This document shows positions 1-12,400 of a stretch of 64,000 nucleotides of DNA, in pieces. Both the position numbers and the translations under genes were made by a program. Position 1 is the stretch's first letter. Each line of letters opens with the position of its first letter. The notes under the pieces are model-generated. The model did not search any database and was not told the origin of the DNA. It saw only the letters and a program-made list of their open reading frames with translations. The DNA is taken from the NCBI GenBank assembly GCA_052327205.1, contig CM126218.1, forward strand, positions 36,642,001 to 36,706,000, in the 5' to 3' direction. This DNA is from Somniosus microcephalus. Lineage: Eukaryota.

Positions 1-399
1 TATTTTATTGTCTTTTGAATGAAATGTACAATTTACAATTCATGTTGCTAGGGATACTCTGCATACTTTCCAATTCCAATCCAATCATTATTAAATCTTG
101 TCAAAGGATGATCGCTGACACGTTGTGGCTGTTAATATTATTCCCTGTTTTCTATTGTCCAGTAACTTGAAAGAGTTCTTTTGAAACACAACCAATTATG
201 CAAATGCTGCTTTTTCAGTCTCGTGTTTATGTTTGCACTTTAGTATTTGAAGTAAGGAGACCTAGTTAGTAGCTGTAGTCAATAATTTCCTCATTCTTTA
301 TGCCCGTTTCTCAATAAAATAACCTAGTGGTCAAACTCTATTAACACTGCTGGATTTGCAGTCGGAATGCAGCGGTTTTAAAATATTTTTTTTCTTCAG

Positions 400-462
400 A
401 AGTTACGACTACAACAAAAGGGACAACAACCACAACTGTGTCTACTGCCAGTTCAACAACTG
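400..462 (+). CDS. PTS micro-exon type A, 63 nt, (E)VTTTTKGTTTTTVSTASSTT(G); further copies start at 3831, 9474, 12905, 16336, 19767, 25410, 28841, 32272, 35703
   Basis: Acceptor ttttttcttcag, donor GTAAGT, phase 1-1, open Thr-rich frame. Confidence 0.88.
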
Positions 463-3400
463 GTAAGTGATGGTTTCTTTCATTATAGACTAGCAAGTCC
501 TTTGACACAAGTGTGCTTTTTTCAACTTTGGCGAAGAAAATGCCAGCCCATCAGTTCAGTCCTGTAGACCTGTAGCCCATTCCTTTGGGATGGAATTACT
601 TGAGAAGTTCAGAACATCTCAATCTGCAAGCAATGGCACTTTCACAAGAATTACAGAAGCAGTTTTGTGTAAACCTCTCCCCTGACAGCTTGTCCCAGGC
701 AAAGAATAAAACAGTTAGGTTTGAACAGTTGCAACTGTAAAATTCCTCTCTTCTGCCCACCTCTGTCTCATTTAGTCTCCACTTATTCTCACACTCAAAT
801 TTTTTACGATATTTTTTCGACCTGCTAATAAAATATAGAATTTGTACGTCATGCTGATGCTCGTGGGCTGCATACTTCTAAATTCCAATAGCATCATTGG
901 CAAATATTGACAAATGTTGTTCCCTTGACATGTTGTGGTTGCTAATATTGTGACTATTACTGTTTTGGTCCAGTAGTATGAAAGACTTCTTTTGAAACAC
1001 TCTGCAACTGCTGCCTTGCTGCTCTCATATTTATGTTTCCTATTATTGGTTGGATCATGAGGGTCTAATATGTTCTCCTCCTTTTCTGTTACAGAGGTTG
1101 TCTGCCATGGCAAATGGTCCCCCTGGTTTAATGAACACACACCTTCTATAGACAGCCCGGGCGATTCTGAATTACTAGACCACCGAAGCAATAAATACTG
1201 TTCTTCCCCTTTTGATGACATTATTAACATTCAGTGTCAGTTTGTTGGTGAACCTGAGAGGCCAATAAGTGAGTCACCAGACAATGTGACGTGCGACAAA
1301 GACACAGGGCTCATCTGTAGAGTCTCGGAAAGTGCTTTGGAGGAGTCCAAGTTTTGTTATGACTACAAAATTCGAGTTTGCTGCGAGATAGGAACACCAG
1401 CGACCACAACAACCAGCAGCAGTACAAACACGGCTTCTGGTAAATGAGAAACTTACGTACGAGTTAATAATGTCTCCCATACGTTAAATCAAAGCTGACT
1501 TTTTACATCAAGCAGTCAAAGGAGTTAATATATCTACTTAGTAGCTGTAATTAACAATTTCCTCATCATTTGTGCCTTAGTATCAATAAAATAGACTAAC
1601 GGCGAAATTCTCAATATTGCAGGATTTGAAATTAGAGGTAAGAGGTTTTGAATTTTTTTTTGTTTTGTTCACAAGTGACGACTACAACAAAAGGGACAAC
1701 AACCACACCTATTATTGTTGAAACTTCTACAACAGGTAAGTGATGCCTGCTTTCAATGTACACCAGCAAGTCTGTTCACACCAGTGTGCTTTTCTCAAAT
1801 TCAGCTTTCAGACAATGTCAGTCCATTAGTTCAGTCTTGTAGACCCTTGCTTTAGGGTGGAAATGCTTGAAAATTTTAAGACATCTGAATCTGCAATTAG
1901 TGTTTTCAACATCACTTGTGCAGAAAGTGTAATTAAATAGTCTTATGTTGGAAATCTACAGGAATACTATATGAATTTAAGTTGTATTGAAGTGGTTTTG
2001 ATGATATTTCTTGTTCTTCAGAAGGAATCACTACAACAGTGAAAACAACTACAACCGGGTCCACTATTGGCTCCACACCGGGTGAGTGAGGGCTTCTTTC
2101 GATATCCAGTACTAAGACCAGTGACACAAGTTAACTTGTTTCAACAGCTCCCAGACAGTGGAAGTCCATTACTTCACTCCTTGTAGATATTTAGCTCATT
2201 CCATTTAGAGGGAAATAGTTGAAAACTTCACTATATTGATTAACCTAGATCAGTGGCTGCGCTGAGGGGAAATGTTGTGTCTATGTTTGTGCCGCCTCTG
2301 TCTCTCTTAGTCTCTGCTTCCTCACCAACATTTACTCAGATTTTTGGCAATAATTTCCTGACTTTTGAATGAAATGTATAATTTCATGTTGATGGTGGTA
2401 TTCAGCATACTTTCAAATTCCAATAGAATCATTATCAAATATTGTCAAAGGATGATCACCTTGACATGTTGTGGTTGTTAATATTCTTCCTTTTTTCTAT
2501 TGTCCAGTAACTTGAAACAGTTCTTTGAAAACACTAACAATTATGCAAATATTGTCTCGCCATTTTCATGTTTATATTTGTTTTTTATTACTTGACAAAG
2601 GAGAAAAAAGTTGATATAGTTAGTAGCTGTAGTGAAACATTTCCCTCATTCTTTGCACTTTAGCATCAATTAAATACCCAACTGGTGAAACTCTCAATAC
2701 TGCAGGATTTCATATTTGTGTGTAGTAATTTTGAATGTTTTTATTTTTGTTTTGAAGTGACGACTACAACAAAAGGGACAACAACCACACCTATTATTGT
2801 TGACACTTCTACAACAGGTAAGTGATGACTGCTTTCGATATAAACCAGCAGGTCTGTTCACACCAGTGTGCTTTTCTCAAATTCAGCTTTCAGGCAATGT
2901 CAGTCCATTAATTCAGTCTTGCTTTTGTTGGAAAATGGTTGAAAACTTAGACATCTGAATCTGCAATTAGTTTTTTCAACAGCATTTGTGCAGAAAGTGT
3001 AGTTAAATAGTCTTATGGAGGAACTTTACAGAAATAATATAGGATTTTAAAATGTAATGTATTGAATTTGATGAAGTTTCCTGTTCTGCAGAAGGAGTCA
3101 CTACAACAGTGAAAGCAACTACAACCGGGTCCACTACTGGCCCCACACCGGGTGAGTGAGGGCTTCTTTCCATATCTAGTAGCAAGACCAGTGACACAAG
3201 TTATCTTGTTTCAACAACTCCCAGACAGTGGAAGTCCATCACTTCACCCCTTGTAGATATTTAGCCCATTCCTTCCAGAGAGAAATAGTTGACAACTACA
3301 CTATATCGATAAACCTAGTTCAGAGGCTGTGCGGAGGAGAAATGCTGTGTCCACGTTTGTGCCGCCTCTCCTCAGTTCCCTGACAGTGGAGTCTCTGATT

Positions 3401-6400
3401 ACTCACTAACGCTTACTTAACTTTTTTGTAATATTTTATTGTCTTTTGAATGAAATGTACAATTTACAATTCATGTTGCTAGGGATACTCTGCATACTTT
3501 CCAATTCCAATCCAATCATTATTAAATCTTGTCAAAGGATGCTCGCTGACACGTTGTGGCTGTTAATATTATTCCCTGTTTTCTATTGTCCAGTAACTTG
3601 AAAGAGTTCTTTTGAAACACAACCAATTATGCAAATGCTGCTTTTTCAGTCTCGTGTTTATGTTTGCACTTTAGTATTTGAAGTAAGGAGACCTAGTTAG
3701 TAGCTGTAGTCAATAATTTCCTCATTCTTTATGCCCGTTTCTCAATAAAATAACCTAGTGGTCAAACTCTATTAACACTGCTGGATTTGCAGTCGGAATG
3801 CAGCGGTTTTAAAATATTTTTTTTCTTCAGAAGTTACGACTACAACAAAAGGGACAACAACCACAACTGTGTCTACTGCCAGTTCAACAACTGGTAAGTG
3901 ATGGTTTCTTTCATTATAGACTAGCAAGTCCTTTGACACAAGTGTGCTTTTTTCAACTTTGGCGAAGAAAATGCCAGCCCATCAGTTCAGTCCTGTAGAC
4001 CTGTAGCCCATTCCTTTGGGATGGAATTACTTGAGAAGTTCAGAACATCTCAATCTGCAAGCAATGGCACTTTCACAAGAATTACAGAAGCAGTTTTGTG
4101 TAAACCTCTCCCCTGACAGCTTGTCCCAGGCAAAGAATAAAACAGTTAGGTTTGAACAGTTGCAACTGTAAAATTCCTCTCTTCTGCCCACCTCTGTCTC
4201 ATTTAGTCTCCACTTATTCTCACACTCAAATTTTTTACGATATTTTTTCGACCTGCTAATAAAATATAGAATTTGTACGTCATGCTGATGCTCGTGGGCT
4301 GCATACTTCTAAATTCCAATAGCATCATTGGCAAATATTGACAAATGTTGTTCCCTTGACATGTTGTGGTTGCTAATATTGTGACTATTACTGTTTTGGT
4401 CCAGTAGTATGAAAGACTTCTTTTGAAACACTCTGCAACTGCTGCCTTGCTGCTCTCATATTTATGTTTCCTATTATTGGTTGGATCATGAGGGTCTAAT
4501 ATGTTCTCCTCCTTTTCTGTTACAGAGGTTGTCTGCCATGGCAAATGGTCCCCCTGGTTTAATGAACACACACCTTCTATAGACAGCCCGGGCGATTCTG
4601 AATTACTAGACCACCGAAGCAATAAATACTGTTCTTCCCCTTTTGATGACATTATTAACATTCAGTGTCAGTTTGTTGGTGAACCTGAGAGGCCAATAAG
4701 TGAGTCACCAGACAATGTGACGTGCGACAAAGACACAGGGCTCATCTGTAGAGTCTCGGAAAGTGCTTTGGAGGAGTCCAAGTTTTGTTATGACTACAAA
4801 ATTCGAGTTTGCTGCGAGATAGGAACACCAGCGACCACAACAACCAGCAGCAGTACAAACACGGCTTCTGGTAAATGAGAAACTTACGTACGAGTTAATA
4901 ATGTCTCCCATACGTTAAATCAAAGCTGACTTTTTACATCAAGCAGTCAAAGGAGTTAATATATCTACTTAGTAGCTGTAATTAACAATTTCCTCATCAT
5001 TTGTGCCTTAGTATCAATAAAATAGACTAACGGCGAAATTCTCAATATTGCAGGATTTGAAATTAGAGGTAAGAGGTTTTGAATTTTTTTTTGTTTTGTT
5101 CACAAGTGACGACTACAACAAAAGGGACAACAACCACACCTATTATTGTTGAAACTTCTACAACAGGTAAGTGATGCCTGCTTTCAATGTACACCAGCAA
5201 GTCTGTTCACACCAGTGTGCTTTTCTCAAATTCAGCTTTCAGACAATGTCAGTCCATTAGTTCAGTCTTGTAGACCCTTGCTTTAGGGTGGAAATGCTTG
5301 AAAATTTTAAGACATCTGAATTTGCAATTAGTATTTTCAACATCACTTGTGCAGAAAGTGTAATTAAATAGTCTTATGTTGGAAATCTACAGGAATACTA
5401 TATGAATTTAAGTTGTATTGAAGTGGTTTTGATGATATTTCTTGTTCTTCAGAAGGAATCACTACAACAGTGAAAACAACTACAACCGGGTCCACTATTG
5501 GCTCCACACCGGGTGAGTGAGGGCTTCTTTCGATATCCAGTACTAAGACCAGTGACACAAGTTAACTTGTTTCAACAGCTCCCAGACAGTGGAAGTCCAT
5601 TACTTCACTCCTTGTAGATATTTAGCTCATTCCATTTAGAGGGAAATAGTTGAAAACTTCACTATATTGATTAACCTAGATCAGTGGCTGCGCTGAGGGG
5701 AAATGTTGTGTCTATGTTTGTGCCGCCTCTGTCTCTCTTAGTCTCTGCTTCCTCACCAACATTTACTCAGATTTTTGGCAATAATTTCCTGACTTTTGAA
5801 TGAAATGTATAATTTCATGTTGATGGTGGTATTCAGCATACTTTCAAATTCCAATAGAATCATTATCAAATATTGTCAAAGGATGATCACCTTGACATGT
5901 TGTGGTTGTTAATATTCTTCCTTTTTTCTATTGTCCAGTAACTTGAAACAGTTCTTTGAAAACACTAACAATTATGCAAATATTGTCTCGCCATTTTCAT
6001 GTTTATATTTGTTTTTTATTACTTGACAAAGGAGAAAAAAGTTGATATAGTTAGTAGCTGTAGTGAAACATTTCCCTCATTCTTTGCACTTTAGCATCAA
6101 TTAAATACCCAACTGGTGAAACTCTCAATACTGCAGGATTTCATATTTGTGTGTAGTAATTTTGAATGTTTTTATTTTTGTTTTGAAGTGACGACTACAA
6201 CAAAAGGGACAACAACCACACCTATTATTGTTGACACTTCTACAACAGGTAAGTGATGACTGCTTTCGATATAAACCAGCAGGTCTGTTCACACCAGTGT
6301 GCTTTTCTCAAATTCAGCTTTCAGGCAATGTCAGTCCATTAATTCAGTCTTGCTTTTGTTGGAAAATGGTTGAAAACTTAGACATCTGAATCTGCAATTA

Positions 6401-9400
6401 GTTTTTTCAACAGCATTTGTGCAGAAAGTGTAGTTAAATAGTCTTATGGAGGAACTTTACAGAAATAATATAGGATTTTAAAATGTAATGTATTGAATTT
6501 GATGAAGTTTCCTGTTCTGCAGAAGGAGTCACTACAACAGTGAAAGCAACTACAACCGGGTCCACTACTGGCCCCACACCGGGTGAGTGAGGGCTTCTTT
6601 CCATATCTAGTAGCAAGACCAGTGACACAAGTTATCTTGTTTCAACAACTCCCAGACAGTGGAAGTCCATCACTTCACCCCTTGTAGATATTTAGCCCAT
6701 TCCTTCCAGAGAGAAATAGTTGACAACTACACTATATCGATAAACCTAGTTCAGAGGCTGTGCGGAGGAGAAATGCTGTGTCCACGTTTGTGCCGCCTCT
6801 CCTCAGTTCCCTGACAGTGGAGTCTCTGATTACTCACTAACGCTTACTTAACTTTTTTGTAATATTTTATTGTCTTTTGAATGAAATGTACAATTTACAA
6901 TTCATGTTGCTAGGGATACTCTGCATACTTTCCAATTCCAATCCAATCATTATTAAATCTTGTCAAAGGATGCTCGCTGACACGTTGTGGCTGTTAATAT
7001 TATTCCCTGTTTTCTATTGTCCAGTAACTTGAAAGAGTTCTTTTGAAACACAACCAATTATGCAAATGCTGCTTTTTCAGTCTCGTGTTTATGTTTGCAC
7101 TTTAGTATTTGAAGTAAGGAGACCTAGTTAGTAGCTGTAGTCAATAATTTCCTCATTCTTTATGCCCGTTTCTCAATAAAATAACCTAGTGGTCAAACTC
7201 TATTAACACTGCTGGATTTGCAGTATCAATAAAATAGACTAACGGCGAAATTCTCAATATTGCAGGATTTGAAATTAGAGGTAAGAGGTTTTGAATTTTG
7301 TTTTGTTTTGTTCACAAGTGACGACTACATCAAAAGGGACAACAACCACACCTATTATTGTTGAAACTTCTACAACAGGTAAGTGATGCCTGCTTTCAAT
7401 GTACACCAGCAAGTCTGTTCACACCAGTGTGCTTTTCTCAAATTCAGCTTTCAGACAATGTCAGTCCATTAGTTCAGTCTTGTAGACCCTTGCTTTAGGG
7501 TGGAAATGCTTGAAAATTTTAAGACATCTGAATCTGCAATTAGTGTTTTCAACATCACTTGTGCAGAAAGTGTAATTAAATAGTCTTATGTTGGAAATCT
7601 ACAGGAATACTATATGAATTTAAGTTGTATTGAAGTGGTTTTGATGATATTTCTTGTTCTTCAGAAGGAATCACTACAACAGTGAAAACAACTACAACCG
7701 GGTCCACTATTGGCTCCACACCGGGTGAGTGAGGGCTTCTTTCGATATCCAGTACTAAGACCAGTGACACAAGTTAACTTGTTTCAACAGCTCCCAGACA
7801 GTGGAAGTCCATTACTTCACTCCTTGTAGATATTTAGCTCATTCCATTTAGAGGGAAATAGTTGAAAACTTCACTATATTGATTAACCTAGATCAGTGGC
7901 TGCGCTGAGGGGAAATGTTGTGTCTATGTTTGTGCCGCCTCTGTCTCTCTTAGTCTCTGCTTCCTCACCAACATTTACTCAGATTTTTGGCAATAATTTC
8001 CTGACTTTTGAATGAAATGTATAATTTCATGTTGATGGTGGTATTCAGCATACTTTCAAATTCCAATAGAATCATTATCAAATATTGTCAAAGGATGATC
8101 ACCTTGACATGTTGTGGTTGTTAATATTCTTCCTTTTTTCTATTGTCCAGTAACTTGAAACAGTTCTTTGAAAACACTAACAATTATGCAAATATTGTCT
8201 CGCCATTTTCATGTTTATATTTGTTTTTTATTACTTGACAAAGGAGAAAAAAGTTGATATAGTTAGTAGCTGTAGTGAAACATTTCCCTCATTCTTTGCA
8301 CTTTAGCATCAATAAAATACCCAACTGGTGAAACTCTCAATACTGCAGGATTTCATATTTGTGTGTAGTAATTTTGAATGTTTTTATTTTTGTTTTGAAG
8401 TGACGACTACAACAAAAGGGACAACAACCACACCTATTATTGTTGACACTTCTACAACAGGTAAGTGATGACTGCTTTCGATATAAACCAGCAGGTCTGT
8501 TCACACCAGTGTGCTTTTCTCAAATTCAGCTTTCAGGCAATGTCAGTCCATTAATTCAGTCTTGCTTTTGTTGGAAAATGGTTGAAAACTTAGACATCTG
8601 AATCTGCAATTAGTTTTTTCAACAGCAATTGTGCAGAAAGTGTAGTTAAATAGTCTTATGGAGGAACTTTACAGAAATAATATAGGATTTTAAAATGTAA
8701 TGTATTGAATTTGATGAAGTTTCCTGTTCTGCAGAAGGAGTCACTACAACAGTGAAAGCAACTACAACCGGGTCCACTACTGGCCCCACACCGGGTGAGT
8801 GAGGGCTTCTTTCCATATCTAGTAGCAAGACCAGTGACACAAGTTATCTTGTTTCAACAACTCCCAGACAGTGGAAGTCCATCACTTCACCCCTTGTAGA
8901 TATTTAGCCCATTCCTTCCAGAGAGAAATAGTTGACAACTACACTATATCGATAAACCTAGTTCAGAGGCTGTGCGGAGGAGAAATGCTGTGTCCACGTT
9001 TGTGCCGCCTCTCCTCAGTTCCCTGACAGTGGAGTCTCTGATTACTCACTAACGCTTACTTAACTTTTTTGTAATATTTTATTGTCTTTTGAATGAAATG
9101 TACAATTTACAATTCATGTTGCTAGGGATACTCTGCATACTTTCCAATTCCAATCCAATCATTATTAAATCTTGTCAAAGGATGCTCGCTGACACGTTGT
9201 GGCTGTTAATATTATTCCCTGTTTTCTATTGTCCAGTAACTTGAAAGAGTTCTTTTGAAACACAACCAATTATGCAAATGCTGCTTTTTCAGTCTCGTGT
9301 TTATGTTTGCACTTTAGTATTTGAAGTAAGGAGACCTAGTTAGTAGCTGTAGTCAATAATTTCCTCATTCTTTATGCCCGTTTCTCAATAAAATAACCTA

Positions 9401-12400
9401 GTGGTCAAACTCTATTAACACTGCTGGATTTGCAGTCGGAATGCAGCGGTTTTAAAATATTTTTTTTCTTCAGAAGTTACGACTACAACAAAAGGGACAA
9501 CAACCACAACTGTGTCTACTGCCAGTTCAACAACTGGTAAGTGATGGTTTCTTTCATTATAGACTAGCAAGTCCTTTGACACAAGTGTGCTTTTTTCAAC
9601 TTTGGCGAAGAAAATGCCAGCCCATCAGTTCAGTCCTGTAGACCTGTAGCCCATTCCTTTGGGATGGAATTACTTGAGAAGTTCAGAACATCTCAATCTG
9701 CAAGCAATGGCACTTTCACAAGAATTACAGAAGCAGTTTTGTGTAAACCTCTCCCCTGACAGCTTGTCCCAGGCAAAGAATAAAACAGTTAGGTTTGAAC
9801 AGTTGCAACTGTAAAATTCCTCTCTTCTGCCCACCTCTGTCTCATTTAGTCTCCACTTATTCTCACACTCAAATTTTTTACGATATTTTTTCGACCTGCT
9901 AATAAAATATAGAATTTGTACGTCATGCTGATGCTCGTGGGCTGCATACTTCTAAATTCCAATAGCATCATTGGCAAATATTGACAAATGTTGTTCCCTT
10001 GACATGTTGTGGTTGCTAATATTGTGACTATTACTGTTTTGGTCCAGTAGTATGAAAGACTTCTTTTGAAACACTCTGCAACTGCTGCCTTGCTGCTCTC
10101 ATATTTATGTTTCCTATTATTGGTTGGATCATGAGGGTCTAATATGTTCTCCTCCTTTTCTGTTACAGAGGTTGTCTGCCATGGCAAATGGTCCCCCTGG
10201 TTTAATGAACACACACCTTCTATAGACAGCCCGGGCGATTCTGAATTACTAGACCACCGAAGCAATAAATACTGTTCTTCCCCTTTTGATGACATTATTA
10301 ACATTCAGTGTCAGTTTGTTGGTGAACCTGAGAGGCCAATAAGTGAGTCACCAGACAATGTGACGTGCGACAAAGACACAGGGCTCATCTGTAGAGTCTC
10401 GGAAAGTGCTTTGGAGGAGTCCAAGTTTTGTTATGACTACAAAATTCGAGTTTGCTGCGAGATAGGAACACCAGCGACCACAACAACCAGCAGCAGTACA
10501 AACACGGCTTCTGGTAAATGAGAAACTTACGTACGAGTTAATAATGTCTCCCATACGTTAAATCAAAGCTGACTTTTTACATCAAGCAGTCAAAGGAGTT
10601 AATATATCTACTTAGTAGCTGTAATTAACAATTTCCTCATCATTTGTGCCTTAGTATCAATAAAATAGACTAACGGCGAAATTCTCAATATTGCAGGATT
10701 TGAAATTAGAGGTAAGAGGTTTTGAATTTTTTTTTGTTTTGTTCACAAGTGACGACTACAACAAAAGGGACAACAACCACACCTATTATTGTTGAAACTT
10801 CTACAACAGGTAAGTGATGCCTGCTTTCAATGTACACCAGCAAGTCTGTTCACACCAGTGTGCTTTTCTCAAATTCAGCTTTCAGACAATGTCAGTCCAT
10901 TAGTTCAGTCTTGTAGACCCTTGCTTTAGGGTGGAAATGCTTGAAAATTTTAAGACATCTGAATCTGCAATTAGTGTTTTCAACATCACTTGTGCAGAAA
11001 GTGTAATTAAATAGTCTTATGTTGGAAATCTACAGGAATACTATATGAATTTAAGTTGTATTGAAGTGGTTTTGATGATATTTCTTGTTCTTCAGAAGGA
11101 ATCACTACAACAGTGAAAACAACTACAACCGGGTCCACTATTGGCTCCACACCGGGTGAGTGAGGGCTTCTTTCGATATCCAGTACTAAGACCAGTGACA
11201 CAAGTTAACTTGTTTCAACAGCTCCCAGACAGTGGAAGTCCATTACTTCACTCCTTGTAGATATTTAGCTCATTCCATTTAGAGGGAAATAGTTGAAAAC
11301 TTCACTATATTGATTAACCTAGATCAGTGGCTGCGCTGAGGGGAAATGTTGTGTCTATGTTTGTGCCGCCTCTGTCTCTCTTAGTCTCTGCTTCCTCACC
11401 AACATTTACTCAGATTTTTGGCAATAATTTCCTGACTTTTGAATGAAATGTATAATTTCATGTTGATGGTGGTATTCAGCATACTTTCAAATTCCAATAG
11501 AATCATTATCAAATATTGTCAAAGGATGATCACCTTGACATGTTGTGGTTGTTAATATTCTTCCTTTTTTCTATTGTCCAGTAACTTGAAACAGTTCTTT
11601 GAAAACACTAACAATTATGCAAATATTGTCTCGCCATTTTCATGTTTATATTTGTTTTTTATTACTTGACAAAGGAGAAAAAAGTTGATATAGTTAGTAG
11701 CTGTAGTGAAACATTTCCCTCATTCTTTGCACTTTAGCATCAATAAAATACCCAACTGGTGAAACTCTCAATACTGCAGGATTTCATATTTGTGTGTAGT
11801 AATTTTGAATGTTTTTATTTTTGTTTTGAAGTGACGACTACAACAAAAGGGACAACAACCACACCTATTATTGTTGACACTTCTACAACAGGTAAGTGAT
11901 GACTGCTTTCGATATAAACCAGCAGGTCTGTTCACACCAGTGTGCTTTTCTCAAATTCAGCTTTCAGGCAATGTCAGTCCATTAATTCAGTCTTGCTTTT
12001 GTTGGAAAATGGTTGAAAACTTAGACATCTGAATCTGCAATTAGTTTTTTCAACAGCATTTGTGCAGAAAGTGTAGTTAAATAGTCTTATGGAGGAACTT
12101 TACAGAAATAATATAGGATTTTAAAATGTAATGTATTGAATTTGATGAAGTTTCCTGTTCTGCAGAAGGAGTCACTACAACAGTGAAAGCAACTACAACC
12201 GGGTCCACTACTGGCCCCACACCGGGTGAGTGAGGGCTTCTTTCCATATCTAGTAGCAATACCAGTGACACAAGTTATCTTGTTTCAACAACTCCCAGAC
12301 AGTGGAAGTCCATCACTTCACCCCTTGTAGATATTTAGCCCATTCCTTCCAGAGAGAAATAGTTGACAACTACACTATATCGATAAACCTAGTTCAGAGG

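Noticed and set aside
1070-1447. 125-aa ORF as a standalone small secreted gene in 10 copies
   Set aside because: The ATG lies in the polypyrimidine tract and the stop lies just past a GT donor; it has no signal peptide and is an internal exon.
1450-1466. Near-palindrome aacttacgtacgagtt after the CysD donor
   Set aside because: It is short and imperfect, and its recurrence is explained by the array.
1623-1637. Possible 15-nt in-frame cryptic exon (cag|GATTTGAAATTAGAG|gtaag) mutually exclusive with exon B
   Set aside because: The polypyrimidine tract is poor, and the donor is absent in the last unit (gagttaag) and in paralogous introns; unsupported without RNA data.
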